Shown in pieces: positions 63,501-64,000 of a stretch of DNA of 64,000 nt (its first letter is position 1; the number at the start of each line of letters is the position of its first letter). The notes below the pieces were generated by a model, which was not told the origin of the DNA, ran no database searches, and saw only the letters and a list, made by a program, of their open reading frames with translations. A program made the translations under genes and the position numbers. Origin of the DNA: the human T2T-CHM13v2.0 reference genome, Homo sapiens. The stretch lies in NCBI RefSeq assembly GCF_009914755.1, contig NC_060943.1; one strand, given 5' to 3'.

Positions 63501-64000
63501 CCTTCCTTTAGACAGAGCACATCGGAAACACTCTTTCTGAGGGATTTGCAAGTGGAGATTTCAAGCGCTTTGATTCCAAAGGCACAAAAGGAAATATTTT
63601 CGCAAAAAACTAGACAGAATCATTCTCAGAACCGGTTCTGTGATGTGTGCGTTCAACTCACTGAGCTTAACTTGTCTTTTCATTCAGCAGTTTGGAAACA
63701 CTCTGTTTGTCAAGTCTGCAAGTGGATATTCGGACCTCTTTGAGGCCTTCGTTGGAAACGGGATTTCTTCATATTACACTAGACAGAAGAATTCTCAGTA
63801 ACTTCCTTTTGTTGTGTGTATTCAACTGACAGAGTTGAACCTTCCCTTAGACAGAGCAGATTTGAAACACTCTTTTTGTGGAGTTTGCAAGTGGAGATTT
63901 AAAGCGCTTTGAGGCCAAAGGCAGAAAAGGAAATATCTTCGTATAAAAACTAGACAGAATCATTCTCAGAAACTGCTGTGTGATGTGTGCTTTCAACTCA
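51500..64000 (+). repeat. Distinct, divergent SF1-type alpha satellite layer (probably an inactive or divergent HOR)
   Basis: New diagnostic motifs absent to the left: AGAAGATGTCTCAG, GTATGCAACTC, AACCTTCCTTTAGAC, GAGCCGTTTGTAAACGC, GGATATATTGACC, TAAGGGAGACAG. The dimer register with CENP-B boxes is kept. Confidence 0.85.
58450..62130 (+). repeat. 2026 bp (12-monomer) tandem duplication within the divergent layer
   Basis: ORF offsets 58478->60504, 59126->61152, 59578->61604, 59806->61832. Shared GCCATCGCTGAAACGGG, GGCTTGAGAGAAG and a 12 bp deletion. Confidence 0.92.

Larger units (their letters stand above)
1..64000 (+). repeat. Alpha satellite tandem array, ~170 bp monomers in ~340 bp SF1 (J1/J2-type) dimers, single orientation
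   Basis: Continuous alphoid motifs (CATTCTCAGAAACT, TTCAACTCACAGAG, TTGAAACACTCTTTTTG, CTAGACAGAA) recur every ~170 bp. A CENP-B box and usually a GAATTC recur every ~340 bp. No non-alphoid sequence seen. Confidence 0.99.

Noticed and set aside
52-63743. Hundreds of 60-131 aa ORFs on both strands (MILRNSF..., MFPNCSMKRK..., MCIQLTEL...)
   Set aside because: They are translations of the satellite. They recur with the 340 bp period, overlap on both strands, often use non-ATG starts, and are freely broken by stops and frameshifts.
1-64000. CRISPR-like or other repeat-spacer array
   Set aside because: The sequence between conserved motifs is itself repeated. There are no unique spacers and no cas-like genes.
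1-64000. Transposon insertion (L1, Alu, LTR) or inversion
   Set aside because: No non-alphoid segment, poly(A) tail or reverse-strand CENP-B box (TCCCGTTTCCAACGAAG) was seen on reading through.

Overview
The whole 64 kb window is primate (very probably human) centromeric alpha satellite: about 376 head-to-tail ~170 bp monomers, all in one orientation. They form ~340 bp dimers in which a CENP-B-box monomer (CTTCGTTGGAAACGGGA) alternates with a pJalpha-site monomer, usually with one EcoRI site per dimer. This is suprachromosomal family 1 (J1/J2), and the ~1019 bp hexamer plus free 340 bp dimers resembles the chr1/5/19 array (D1Z7/D5Z2/D19Z3; recognised from memory, not searched). I found no genes, RNA genes, CRISPR arrays or transposons, and every listed ORF is an artefact of the repeat. 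I do not see a new protein-coding system. The informative signal is architectural, a left-to-right series of layers: (1) 1-22.9 kb, homogeneous hexamer/dimer mosaic with 5433, 2378 and 1360 bp super-repeats; (2) 22.9-36.6 kb, pure dimers with 3059, 680 and 2720 bp duplications where most CENP-B boxes are broken; (3) 37.3-46.7 kb, shuffled dimers with mostly intact boxes, flanked by two near-identical hexamer remnants; (4) 46.7-51.5 kb, older hexamer/dimer mix with an 82 bp register shift; (5) 51.5-64 kb, a distinct, more divergent SF1-type array. This pattern suggests the edge of an active HOR array. Periods come from ORF-track offsets plus by-eye marker checks, and boundaries are approximate.
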